From contig OX597831.1 of assembly GCA_951406725.2 (NCBI GenBank), positions 31,806,001 to 31,870,000 of the forward strand: a stretch of DNA of 64,000 nt, given 5' to 3'. The notes under the pieces are model-generated. The model saw nothing but the letters and a program-made list of their open reading frames with translations. It ran no database searches and was not told the DNA's origin. The position numbers and the translations under genes are program-made. This stretch comes from Octopus vulgaris. Lineage: Eukaryota. Positions 1-13,079 of this stretch are shown here, one piece after another; position 1 is the first letter of the stretch, and every line of letters starts with the position of its first letter.

Positions 1-1269
1 TTTTAGGGCTCAGATCAATATTATCTACTGCTGGTAAACAGCTCAACTTAAATATCTTGTGGGTATAAAATATATACACATAGATATGTGTATGTATGTA
101 TGTATGTATGTATGAATCTATGAGTGTTTGTAAGGTTGTGTTTGAATGCATGACACACACGTGTGTATGTGTGTGATATTTTCCCAATGTGCCCTATTCC
201 ATTTCTTAGAATATATACATATCATTTCTTAGATATATACATATCAAGAGTTATATTTAGAAAGATGCACATGAAACTTCTTCAGTTACCCTTTGTTCTT
301 CGAAATAGGATGTCGTGAGGAGAGTCTATGTCCGAAACGTCAAAGCAATTACCTCTTTCCATTTCTCTGAACGGTAAACTAATATTTTGATTGTGAACTT
401 ATCCGTATCTTCTTTTTTTCTTTTTGTATTTTCTTTTAGTTTACACCGCACGCGCGAATGTGTTGGACCCAATCCGTAATCCGGTTTAAATCCTCACCTC
501 CACCCACCATTGTGGTCCTTAGGAGCCTTTCGCGAAGCGTCCATTTTGTTGCAAGCTCTCGGGTCACGTTTATGGACTTGTCTGAGAATGACATCTTGCA
601 GCAGTCTCGAAAACCTGAGAGAGTCTTCAGTTCTGCCCTTCGTTCTCTTAATGAAAACAGAAGAAAACCATTATTCTGAGTAATATTCGTTTCAAATACA
701 AGGAGAAGACCAGGAATTTTAAAGGCGGCATTAGTTGATTAAATCAACCCCAGTATTTAACTGGTACTTTATTTTATCAACCCCAGAGGGATGACCTCCG
801 CAACAATCGAATTCAGGGCGTAAAGAGATGGAAGAAATGCGATTCTGCTAACGCACCGCACCCTGTTCTCATTGACAATGGTTTTTGATTTAGACACAAG
901 ACCAGCAGATTTTTGAGATGGTTAGCCAATACCATCGACCCTAGTACTTAGACTAGGGATTTATGTTACCTCTGTTCCCAGTAATAATCCTTTCTACTAA
1001 AGGCACAGGGCCTGAAATTTTGGGGGAGGGGAATAGTCGATTACATCGACCCCAGTGATTCACTGGTATTTGATTTATCGACCTTGAAAGGATCAAATGA
1101 AAAGTTGACCTCGGCGAAATTTGATCTCAAAACGTAGCGGCAGGTGAAATACCACTAAGCTAAGTGAAGGCAGCATGTTCTGTGTCTATCTCGTTAACTT
1201 CTTGGAGATTTTAGGTAAAATTATACTAATGTGTCCATCTATTTTAATTTAATTAAATTCTATGTCTTT

Positions 1270-1357
1270 ATGCAGCTGAAGATTGCTCTGCATTTAAATT
1301 GATGTAATGATTGCATTGCTCAATTAAATGGAGTTGCTTGCAACGATCGTGCTGCAT
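1270..1357 (+). ncRNA. Decayed type I hammerhead with long stem II
   Basis: ATGCAG/CTGCAT stem I, CTGAAGA, imperfect long stem II (CATTTAAATTGA/TCAATTAAATG), palindromic ACGATCGT stem III. However GAAA reads GCAA and the triplet is GUG. Confidence 0.5.
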
Positions 1358-1477
1358 TACCTCTGGATATCCTTGTTGCTTATTTTGATTTTAATCACCT
1401 TATTTTGAAATTGTATGGATAATACCGTACTAAATTCTGGTGCCTCAACTTAAGTACCATATTCATCTGAATCTAAA

Positions 1478-1543
<66 letters not shown>

Positions 1544-1637
1544 CATACATACATACATATGTTTGCACATATATATGTACATATATATATATATACATAT
1601 ATATGTATATAATATATACATATACATCTATATGTAC

Positions 1638-1689
<52 letters not shown>

Positions 1690-1691
<2 letters not shown>

Positions 1692-2107
1692 ATTCTACGA
1701 AATTTTTTGCCACCCTATATTGATTAATTATGAATTTTCTGGTTAATTCCGTAATGGAATCGGCGGCTTATATTTGCTGCCGATAAATTTGGCGCGAGTG
1801 TGATGATTTGAAAATTTTAGGTCAGATATTGCCGAGACAGAGATAGAAGTGCCTCGTGCAAATATCTGCTCCGATCTGGCTGTTCTTACTGACGAATCTA
1901 TCGGTCTATGGAAGACTAGCTTGATTTAATTTAATCAGGTTAGTTTACCATTAAACAATAGATGAAACGGTGCATCGTATAAGGAACTACAGGGTAAATG
2001 TTTTTTTAATTTTCTCCTGGTTTGCGGAATTAATGTTGTTTTGCGGTTGAAGCTTTAGCTGTTATTTCTAGTGGGTGAATGGCCTATTATGGCCGTTCCT
2101 TGATTTT
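1690..2107 (+). mobile_element. Non-coding hammerhead-bearing insert (Penelope-like pLTR or retrozyme-type) between duplicated microsatellite blocks
   Basis: Contains the 1883-1985 hammerhead and is flanked by two near-identical compound microsatellite blocks 590 bp apart. Confidence 0.5.
1883..1985 (+). ncRNA. Type I hammerhead ribozyme with extended stem II (intact core)
   Basis: Stem I TTCTTA(1883-88)/TAAGGA(1980-85); CTGACGA (1889-95); stem II closed by ATCTAT(1896-1901)/ATAGAT(1958-63), with inner helix AGACTAGCTTGATT/AATCAGGTTAGTTT; GAAA (1964-67); near-palindromic stem III CGGTGCATCG; GUA triplet with predicted cleavage after 1979. Confidence 0.8.
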
Positions 2108-2231
2108 GATATATATATATATATATATACATACATACATACATACATATGTTTGCACATATATATGTACATATATATATATATACATATATATGTATAT
2201 AATATATACATATACATCTATATGTACATAA

Positions 2232-2271
<40 letters not shown>

Positions 2272-2828
2272 GCATATATACATACATATATGTACGTACC
2301 TACATCTACATGTATATATACTTGCATATATGGGTACAGGACACCAAAAAAACGTCGAACACAATGAGAAACGAAAACATAAACACAAAACCAAGGAACT
2401 GGACATTTTTCTTAAACAACGAAAAAATAGAGTACAGGACAAATAACATAAGGAAAATTCCCCTTCTTCAGTCACCATGGTTTCATCTACTCCGCGTTTC
2501 GAAGGTGAAGGCGAGACGCAACTTCAGCTGAAACATTCCTTCCCGCGAAAAGCAAATTAAATAAAATTTGAGATTTTTCTGCGGAGGGGTAAAAATGGTA
2601 ACAAAAACAGGACAGTAACGACAGTACAAAATATAAACAGTAAAAGACAGGACAAGGAGAATAACAGTAACACAGACAAGAAGGGTTGTTAAGCCAAACG
2701 AGATAAAATATTACGAACGCTATTTTTGAGAACGGCAATGGAGCCACAGAAAATGCCGTCTACACTCGGGTGAAGCAAGTCTTCATCAGCTGCATTTACC
2801 TAGACAAAATTTCAAATGTTGCCACATC

Positions 2829-2847
2829 AATTTCAGTACACACATGA

Positions 2848-2900
<53 letters not shown>

Positions 2901-2902
2901 CA

Positions 2903-2982
<80 letters not shown>

Positions 2983-3231
2983 AATAAAAAATGGAGTTAA
3001 CGCAGGTTTAAACAAGTATTTTTTCTTTCTACATATGTTTCAAAAATTCCACTGATACTTATTCAAAAGAATAAAAGGTATAAACAATGCAATCTTCTCT
3101 TCGGGAAAGTGAAAAAACGAAACTTGTCTATACGACATTTTAGCAAAAAATGATGGATTCGTATTGCGATAGACAGAACGCTATTAATATTGTTTATCCG
3201 TGTTAATTGTTAACAAGGTAAAATACACTCA

Positions 3232-3285
<54 letters not shown>
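2829..3285. repeat. (AT)n/(ATAC)n microsatellite cluster
   Basis: Direct reading. Confidence 0.9.
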
Positions 3286-3359
3286 AGTAATAGAAATGAA
3301 ATATATATATACATAGTGAAAGTATTAATATTTTCACAATTAAAACTGAAAGTATTATC

Positions 3360-3582
3360 TCACATTACAATAGAGGTTTTTGTTTCACTTTTGACACGTA
3401 TTACTGAAATAGAGTGAGAGATAAGATATTGCTCCAGGCTTGCATTAGGCAAGGATCTGAAAATTCTTTTGGCCCATGACGCTGCATGGACCCTAAGTAA
3501 GGCATGTGTAAAATTTGAATGAAATCGGTTGAGTAAGTTCTTTAGTTTTAGTGATGCACGCAGACAGACAGACAGACAGACA

Positions 3583-3622
<40 letters not shown>

Positions 3623-3658
3623 CGCACGCACACATTCTCAGTTGTATACATATAGATG
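3360..3658 (+). mobile_element. DINE-1/Helentron-associated-like non-autonomous element
   Basis: AAATTTGAATGAAATCGGTTGAGTA core followed by a (CAGA)n(CA)n microsatellite and a TATAGAT end; architecture recalled from Helentron-associated elements. Confidence 0.5.
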
Positions 3659-4133
3659 GCAAAAAGACATGAAAGGCAAAATTCTACGTCACACTTAAAA
3701 AGCAAGGTTTTGTAACGAAAATAAAATCTCTTCATATTATATAGAATGATAACAATATCATTACAATAAATAACAAACAACCTCTAGCGAATTAATCCCA
3801 GCTAGAAACATAGCTGAAACCAGCCACCTATGTGGTATACGGCCATCAGTATAAATATGGAAGACGTGAAGTTGTTGGAAATATTTGTTACATAGGTCAT
3901 GCTAGCAGCGCACTTTGCAGTAGGTCAATTATGCAACATTAATCGGAAATAAAATATTATTTCACAAACGCACGATCTAACAAAACAATAATATAAAACT
4001 ACTAAATAGCAAAATGCTTGGAGTACAGAAGACAACTAGCAATGACTGTCGATACTAAAATAGACACACCCCAACATATACATATATATATAAACATATG
4101 TATGTGTGTGTGCATTGACACATACACACTTCT

Positions 4134-4188
4134 ATGTATGTATGTATGTATGTATGTATGTATGTATGTATGTATGTATGTATGTATG

Positions 4189-4217
<29 letters not shown>
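4134..4217. repeat. (TATG)n microsatellite
   Basis: Direct reading. Confidence 0.95.
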
Positions 4218-4220
<3 letters not shown>

Positions 4221-4639
4221 GCAATGAATAGAGAATACATTGTAACGTTTCCATTAATATCATTGCTGCAATCACCTCGCTTGTCACAGTAACCCAAGAG
4301 CAGCAAGAAAGAGCAGAAACAAGTTATCGCTGTTTGCTCAACATCCGTCATTTTAAGGCTGGACATCCTGATATTAAAATACTTGAAAATTAACTAAGAA
4401 CCAAATACTCGGAGAAAAATAAATCTGTCAAATTGTCTCCACTAGAAACGTGGGGCGCCTTCACAGCAATACATCAACTCCTTCCGTCGTCATCGCTTCT
4501 TGAAAAGAAAAAAGGAAAAAGAAAAAGAACACTACTTTCAAAACAGATTTGGAAATCAAGAGAGAAAGGAGAGACCAACTGTGTCTTACAGGAAATGTTA
4601 GATAAAGAATAAACATTTACAAATTTATTCAAACACCGA

Positions 4640-4910
4640 CTGAAGAGTTGTTTGCACTGTACAGATTATCATTGTGATATCCTCTGCCTACAAGAAACCC
4701 CACCGTGGACCAAACAACCCTCGCTCTATTGTGGAATGTATTACTACTCTCATAGAAAGACCACACCAGAAATACAGAAACATCATTCTAGCGAAAACTG
4801 GGATAACCACCGAATTAGCACCAAAGAATGAGAAAACTAATTAAGTCCTAACCGTTGAACTCTGAAAGTTTACCATCAATCCAGGTTATAAACCAACTTC
4901 TATGCACCTA
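4640..4910 (+). mobile_element. Decayed LINE apurinic-type endonuclease fragment
   Basis: Frameshifted translation gives CDILCLQET.HRG, ERPHQKY and VLTVEL*KFTINPGYKP, which resemble non-LTR APE motifs (D-I-L-C-L-Q-E-T; (V/I)YxP). Confidence 0.65.
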
Positions 4911-5112
4911 GAAATGCCTGAAACACCATCATCTACGAAGCCGAAGATCGTGATTTCAATAGCCATGGCATGAAATGGGAGTAACACTAACGATAACTGT
5001 AATATAATAGACCTAGTTTCCATATAGCAGTTTTCTCTGAGGAGACGAGAGTCGCAACATCTGGCCATGCTGTATGAAGAAAAGGAGCATCATTTTCTAC
5101 GATGACTCGGTC

Positions 5113-5145
<33 letters not shown>

Positions 5146-5239
5146 ATTGATGTGTTCATTTCGAAGGTGTCAGTATTTGAATGCATGTGTGCGTGTAAGT
5201 GGGAATGTGAGCAATCATGTGTGGGGTGTGTGTACGTGC

Positions 5240-5242
<3 letters not shown>

Positions 5243-5311
<69 letters not shown>
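5243..5311. repeat. (TG)n microsatellite
   Basis: Direct reading. Confidence 0.95.
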
Positions 5312-5313
<2 letters not shown>

Positions 5314-5814
5314 ACGCGGGCACAAGTGTATATAAATGTAAATGTAAACATCTCTGCGTACCATTCAAAATACAGAACTAAAAAAAAAAAAAAATTCAGC
5401 CCAGCATCCATCCAGTGTTGTCGAGTTTTTTGTGAAAGAGGAAAATATAACAATGAAATAGAAAAATAGACGAAAAGAAAGGTGTGTGAAAGGGAGGGGG
5501 GGTGAAATAAGGAAAAAGAGAAAAGAGAAAAAGAATGGGTGGGTGGGTGGGTGGGGGGAACGAAAGATGTAATTGAAGGGTCGAAGGAAGAAGAAGAAGA
5601 AAAAACGTAAATTGTGAGATAAGTTAATTCTTTTCCTGTTGCCTTTCCGTCATCGTCAATTTGACTCCAGCGACTCCACCGCCACCACCACCACCACCTC
5701 TACACCTTCTCTATCTCTTTTCTTCTCTCTCCACGCTAACTCGATATTTTTCTTTCTTTCCGTATTTTATTTTGCGCCGATCTCAACCATCCGTTATCGC
5801 CTTCTTTCCGTGCT

Positions 5815-5871
<57 letters not shown>

Positions 5872-5912
5872 CATTTGTGTCCCTTCTCCAACTCTGTCGA
5901 TCTATATACTGT

Positions 5913-5946
<34 letters not shown>

Positions 5947-6978
5947 CGCTCATTCTTTGAACCTTTTTTTTTCTCGAGTTTTCAGTTTATCTAACAAGCC
6001 TTTCTTTTCTTCTCTCGCTGTCTAAACTACCCTATATCTACCCCGTCTGTCTTTTCCTCTCTTGTACGAACACACACACACACACATACACGCACACATG
6101 AACGTACAAACCTAATTATCTAATCTACTTTGTGCATGTATATATATATATATATATATATATTCATCCCTCTATCAATATGTGCCCCTGTGTGTGAGTG
6201 TGAATGAATTTGTGTGCGTCTGTGTGTGTGTGTATCTGTGTGATGTCTGTGTAATGTTTGTGTTAGGTGTGTGTGTGTGTGTGTGTGATGTCTGAGTTTG
6301 TGTGTACCCTTCCTCTGTTGCATTTCACACTATTTTTCTTTTCATGATTGACTGAGCGAAAGGGGGTTCGCCCTTTCTCTACCATTAACCTACACCCCCC
6401 AGCCTCATACCTCCCCCACATCATTTCCACATAAATGGTTCCAGCCCCACACACCCCATCTTTATCTCTCTCTGATTTATTTTATCGTTTTTTTTTTATC
6501 TGTTCGCTTAATTTTATCTCATTCTTCCTATCCCTCCACTTCCTCCACCCCCTACGTCTCCTTCTTGCAATCCCCTTCAGCTCTGTCTATCTTCCTCTTA
6601 TCCATCCAACTCGTTCCTTCCCACATCATTTACCGTTCATACTACCCCCCTCATCCCACTACCCGTCTGGTATTTTTTTTTCTTTGTTGTTTGTTATTTT
6701 CTCCATGCTATTATTGTTTTATGTTCTGGTCCCGTTGACACAGTCGATGTCTCTCACTCGCACCATCTTCATATTCTTCAAGAAAATGAAGCTGTTCTGA
6801 TATTTGTTTTGTCTCTACCCCCACCTCACCATACACTACCTAACCTGCAATTAGGGACCTCTTGAAGATTGGTTTATGTGCCAGAAACGTAACACAAATC
6901 AAAAGCCCCAATTCTTTTCTGTGACGTCACAATTTTAACCATTCCTTGAACTTGATGCCCTGCACCAATATCGGAACC

Positions 6979-7034
<56 letters not shown>

Positions 7035-7044
7035 TAATAATAAT

Positions 7045-7480
7045 AACCCTTTCTGCTATAGGCACAACGACTGAAATTTTATGGGGGCAAGGCTATTCGA
7101 TGACAGTGACCCCAATGCTCAACTGGTATTTATTTTATCGATCCCGAAAGGATTATAGGCAAAGTCGACATCGACGGAATTTGAACTCAGAACGTGAAAA
7201 CGGACGAAATATCGCTAAGCATTTTGTCCGGCAGGCTAGCGATTCTGCCAGTTTACCGCCTTAATAATAATGCTTTCAAATTTTGGCACAAGGCCAGCAA
7301 TTTCAAGGGAGGGAGTAAGTCGATTACGTCGACCTCAGTATTAAACTGGTACTTATTTTATCGACCCCGAAAGGATGAAAGGCAAAGTCAACTTTGGTGA
7401 AATTTGAACTCAGAATGTAAAGATTTGGGACAAAAACTACAAATCATTTTTTTCAGCGCTCTCACAATTGCCGGCTCGTC
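7045..7480 (-). mobile_element. Two tandem SINE B-related copies with alternative tails
   Basis: Same head and core, but tails read GTGCCTATAGCAGAAAGGG(TTA)n or GTGCCAAAATTTGAAAGCA(TTA)n. Similar clusters at about 690-1160, 9240-9650 and 28215-28520. Confidence 0.8.
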
Positions 7481-7799
7481 TGTTTTCAAATCTGATCAAC
7501 TTGAAAATAATGAAAACGGGCCAGCGAGAGTGCCTCTATCTGATCGCTTATTCTGCTAGATAAAGCAGGTAAATATCGTTGAAATCACATTTACAGTGGA
7601 CAATGTGACCCCGAAAGTACTTGGAAGAAAATGATTGGATGGCCACGACTGGAATGTCTTTCGATAATAGATATCTGCTCGATCAGTACTGACCAGAGGC
7701 TAAACAACAACAAACATCAGTATTAGGAGAGGGGGCTTTACCTGGTATTGTCAGCAAGTGTTATGAAGAGGTCAAGGAAAACAACTTAGCAGTTCTCTT

Positions 7800-9090
7800 A
7801 ATGTTTATCGTTTGCAAAGAAACCTTTGATTTTATTGGGTTGGGGAGAGATCAAGATCTGTAAAAACGTACGGAACCCTACCACGTGACCTCCGTTCTTT
7901 TGGGGCACAACACTACCATAGCGCGGACGATTACATTGAATGATGAAACAGAAAAGTTTGAGCCCTAGACAGGAGTCCTGCAAGGTGACGCGTTGGTGCC
8001 AGCCATCTTCATCAAGGTTGTAGGCTACGTCCTCTGGGGAGCAGATAATGAAGAACTGGACTTCGTTATTACACAAAGGAAACCAAGATGGGTGAGTTCA
8101 GTGGCATGTAACCTGAACTTTATCAAAGACATTGCTTTGTTTTCGGACAAAATCTTAAACGTTCATTCTTTTCAGTCCAGAATATAAACCGAATATAACC
8201 AAGCAGAATTATACTTCGATGCTAAGAAGACGAAATACAATATCTACGATATAGCTGACCATTACGCTTCTGAAAACTGTTGAAGGTGCCCTGCTCAAGC
8301 GGGTTTCTTACTTAAAGTACCTCAGATCATTTGTAGTGGGTTCAGAGACAGAGACAATATCTTGCTGAGCGTAACCCTGGAGTGGCAACCACACAATGAG
8401 ATGAAAAATATCTAAACCTCCAGCTTTTCGAGTCAATTCAAAAGAATCTTCAAAACGTTAATTAAAATCCTTCTTTTGGATGTGAAATTTGAATCTTCAT
8501 AAAAAGTCTGTGGCCAAGTTCGACAGCGATTGCTATACTTGGATGCTCCAGAAGGCCTTCGTCATTTGCTTTTTTTCTTTTACTGCAGCTAGATACAGAC
8601 TGTAAGCAATGAACAACTTTATAGTGACCTCCCCCATAATGAAACTCATTAGAATTGGTAATATCGTCTCACCAAAAACTGACATTGGGTTTCGATTGAG
8701 CTACTTCGTCATCACCAATATCTATGAATTACAAATTGCACTTAGTTCGAGCACAATGGCAGGTTTAGATATTTTTCCTCTCATTGTGTGGTTGCCACTC
8801 CAGGGTTACGCTCGCCAAGATATTGTCTCTGTCTCTGAACCCACTACAAATGATCTGAGGTACTTTGAGTAAGAGACCCGCTTGAGCAGGGCACTTTCAA
8901 CAGTTTTCAGAAGCTTAATGGTCAGCTATATCGTAGATAACAACAGAGCAAGAAGTTCCCCAGCCAAATCATAATCTGGAAGCCAACCTACGAGAAAATG
9001 AACCGTGGATGCCGTCCTTCCTAACCATGAAGGACAGCAGTACTGTGACTGATTAAATAGGGAAATTGATGATGGAAAGGGACAAGGAGT
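7800..9090 (+). mobile_element. Decayed, internally rearranged RTE-clade LINE
   Basis: GVLQGDALVPAIFIKVVGYVL (~7971) and NLNFIKDIALFSD are degenerate GVxQGD and DFADDIAL motifs; C-terminal IIWKPTYEKMNRGCRP at ~8970. Confidence 0.8.
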
Positions 9091-9959
9091 AAACCTGCCA
9101 TTGTGCTCGAACTAAGTGCAATTTGTAATTCATAGATATTGGTGATGACAACGACGATATGATGACGAAGTAGCACAATCGAAACCCAATGTCAGTTTTT
9201 GGTGAGACGATATTACCAATTCTAATGAGTTTCAATTCTGGCAGAATGCCAGCAATCCTAAGGGAAAGTGGTTAGTCGATTACTTTGATAGTGGTACTTG
9301 ACTGGTACTTTATTTTACCGACCTCCAAACGATAAAAGGCTAAGTCAGCTTCGGCAGAATTTGAACTCAGAACGTAAAGAGTTAGAAGAAATACTGTGAA
9401 GCATTTTTATAGTTTCCCGGTGCTCTAACGATTCTGCCAATCTGTCACCTTACCAATGATAATGATAATAATGGTTTCAAATTTTGGCACAAGGCCAGCA
9501 ATTTCAACTTGGTATTAATTTTATCGACCTGAGAGGATGAAAGGCAAAGTCGACTTCGGTGGAATTTGAACTCAGAACGTAAAGCCGGAAGAAATGCCGC
9601 AAATCACTTTCTCCGGCGTGCTGAAGATTCTGCTGGCTCGCTGCCTTAATAATACTTTCTAACATAAGCAGGGAACAAGGCTTGAAATTTGCGGCGAGGA
9701 GAACAGCTGACTGTAACATCGAATTTAGCACTTTGACAAGTGGTTTCGGAATAACCCTGGTTTCTTTGAGAGGTTTGAGCATATCTTTAAAATCTTTTGG
9801 GGGGTAACAGGAATGATATGTTGATGTTGTGGCATTCATGCCGTTGTCAAAAACATCAGTGGGGTGACAGGGAGGGGGAAAGGAGAGATTCAATGAAGGG
9901 CTGTAAGAGCAATTTACAGGTGAGTCGGCTTTCTGGAAAAGTTGCATCTCGTTCTTCGC

Positions 9960-10269
9960 TCACCACCACCACCATCACCACCAACCACCACCACCACCAC
10001 TACCACCACCACCACCACCACCACCACCACCACTGTCGTCATTTTCCTCAGCTTCACTATTTTATGCACAACGAGAATGCACCTTGGATTTAATTAACTC
10101 AAACCCACACACTCACTCACTCACAGCTCTTTTGCATGTACATGAATCAGTCATTCAGAGAAACACACACCGAACACATACTGTAACACATACTGTAACA
10201 CACACATACATACATACTATAAGGCACACAGACATACTGTAACGCGCACACACATACACATACTATGAG

Positions 10270-10301
<32 letters not shown>

Positions 10302-10753
10302 TATAACACTATAAGGCGCACCCTGTAACACATACACACATAACGCACACACACACACACACACTAACATACACGTACTAAAACATGCACGCAGACTCGA
10401 GATTGAAACTAAGAATGTGACTTTTACTTTCGCACATTCATCTTCTTTCATTCACTCATCTCTTCTCCTCCCGTTTATTTTCCATCACCACCACCACCAC
10501 CACCACCATCATCACCATCGCCACTACCACTTACACTATATTCCATCTCTATTACCCCACCACCCATTTCCACCATCTCCATCGTCGGCTCTACCGCCAC
10601 CACCACCACCTTCCATCACTGTCACAAGTACCGGCATCTCAACCACCGCCGCCACCACCACCACCACCACCACCAGCGACAACAACAGCACCATCATCAT
10701 CTCTACTACCACCACCGTCATCTTCATCATATCCACCACCACCACCATCACCA

Positions 10754-10798
<45 letters not shown>

Positions 10799-11074
10799 AA
10801 CCTATTTCTTTACTACCCACAAGGGGCTAAACATAGAGGGGACAAACAAGGACAGACATAGGTATTAAGTCGATTACATCGACCCCAATGCGTAACTGGT
10901 ACTTAATTTATCGACCCCCGAAAGGATGAAAGGTAAAGTCGACCTCGGCGGAATTTGAACTCACAACGTAACGGCAGACGACGAAATACCGCTAAGCATT
11001 TCAACAGCACCATCATCTCTACTACCACCACCACCACCACCACCTACACCACCACCACCTACACCACCACCACC

Positions 11075-11140
<66 letters not shown>

Positions 11141-11160
11141 TACTACTACTACTACTACAA
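9960..11160. repeat. (CAC)n/(TAC)n/(CA)n low-complexity region
   Basis: Direct reading; source of the poly-H/T/L/S ORFs. Confidence 0.9.
10801..11001 (-). mobile_element. SINE family B (5' truncated)
   Basis: Reverse complement of the 21225 consensus. Confidence 0.88.
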
Positions 11161-13079
11161 CCGTCATGTTTAAACCGGCCGCTCTGAGATGTCAGACATT
11201 CAGTCAGGCAGAGTCGAGAGCGAAACAACTGTGGCCTGCTGATGATCAACAACAACAACAACAACAACATCGTGCGTGAAAGTAGATGTATATGCATGTA
11301 TGTATATGTTTGAGTGTGTGGTGTGCTTGAGTTTGTTTGATTGTGTGTGTAAGTGCATGTATATATATGTGCATGCATGACTAATTTACCCGGCATCGTC
11401 GTTATAAATGCCATCGATATTGTAATTAATATTTATTGTTATTGATGTTTGATATTCCTTCGTGTCTCAAGCACAGCAGCAAACAACAACAACAACAACA
11501 ATCCACAGGAAAATAAAAGAACAACCAACCAAAACGGAGTAACTAACATATCTTTTGTATATTGACGCAAGAATCCAGGAGTACCTGAAAACTAGCAGAA
11601 CAATCACAAAATATACAACAGCAGCGAATTGCACAAATCGTGTCAACAAGGGAGATTTTTACGTGGTTTACTTGTTGGCCTGCTAAAAAAATAGCAGTCA
11701 AATCTTCTTTAAATCACGCTCCACCAACTAAAAATTTATAAAAGAAAATATACTTCGCATTGGATAAAGTGATACTAAATACATTGAATATGGCAGGGAA
11801 ATGCCTGGATGGTACCCTCTGAGTTGATCCTAGCCGCCTTGGGGTTAAACACTAGTAACTATTAACCATAAAAAGAAAAAAAAAAAAGGAAGTATTATCT
11901 ACAGACAGTCATTAATTTATGTCAATATAATCAACACATACACTGGCTTAATTACACTCATTCATTAAATATCCTACTGTTGTGTTTTTTGTTTGCAAAC
12001 CAGTTACAAAAACAAGTAAATACTACATTTATAACGAATATTTGAAAAAAAAATATTGAAACAGCATCAGAGTAATAAACAGAACAGAAAAGTACTGCAC
12101 ACACACTCGCTAAAGCAATAACAATCCCCACGCGCTCACCGGCCGCACCCTGTCCGCCCTGTTAATCCATTCTGTATGGAGTTTTACCATATCGAAGAAG
12201 TGAAAAAAAAAAGTTTTGTGTCTCCTCAAGTGAACGTCCGAAAGAATAGATGCTGAGTAAACGTGATGGATTTCCAGCTTGACTCTACTTGAATCCCACT
12301 CATAAACAAACATATATATACATCAAATTATATGTATATGTATACACAAGCATATCTATACATCTGTATATATTTCAAGAGCAATCATTGTTAGTTATAT
12401 ACGGATATATTCGTTCAGACGAGTCAGTAGTATTCACATCTACGTTCAACGCTATATACAGACATACACGCGCACACTTGCATGCGTGTAAGAAGACGAA
12501 TTCTTGCGGTATACAACAAACACGTGCTAAAGTAGTACACATATCAACTATATAGTACACACACAAATACACACATCAGTGTGTCCACAAGTTAAGAGAA
12601 AATATATTGGTAGATTTAGGATGTTATGTCTAATGTCTACAAGCAAACAATAAAACAGAATATTCTCAAGAAATATACGCAGGATAGACCAACATACGCA
12701 CGTTTATCTACCCATATTATAAACACTCACAAATGTAGGCTACCTCAACATACACGCACAAATGTATGTATAATATATATATATAGGATACCCCAGAATT
12801 AACACATATTAGCACACAAAAATGTAGGATATCCCAACATATAAAACTATATGTTATATATGTATATATATACACACACACAACCCAACACATGTATGAA
12901 ATCTTGGTTGCCGACCTTCCCCCAGCATTTATATATATATATCAGTACAGGCGATCCTCGAAGACAGCAATCACAACAGCAACAACACTCCACCTTCATG
13001 AGACAAAAAACAACAACAACAACAGCAACACCACTACAACCGTCTAACACACCCTAGCAGCCCCTTTTCACCGATCCCT

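Noticed and set aside
310-346. GTGAGGA...CCGAAACGTC hammerhead-like remnant
   Set aside because: First core base is wrong and no stem I can be formed; at most a decayed relic.
1440-6323. ORFs rich in YI/HT/CV/SL dipeptides (also at 14 kb, 25 kb, 58 kb and elsewhere)
   Set aside because: Translations of dinucleotide and tetranucleotide microsatellites; no coding signal.
9504-9947. 147-aa minus-strand ORF
   Set aside because: Half of it is SINE B sequence and it has no recognisable domain.
10417-10830. His/Pro/Thr/Leu-rich ORF resembling a mucin or membrane protein
   Set aside because: Trinucleotide microsatellites with no splice or homology support.
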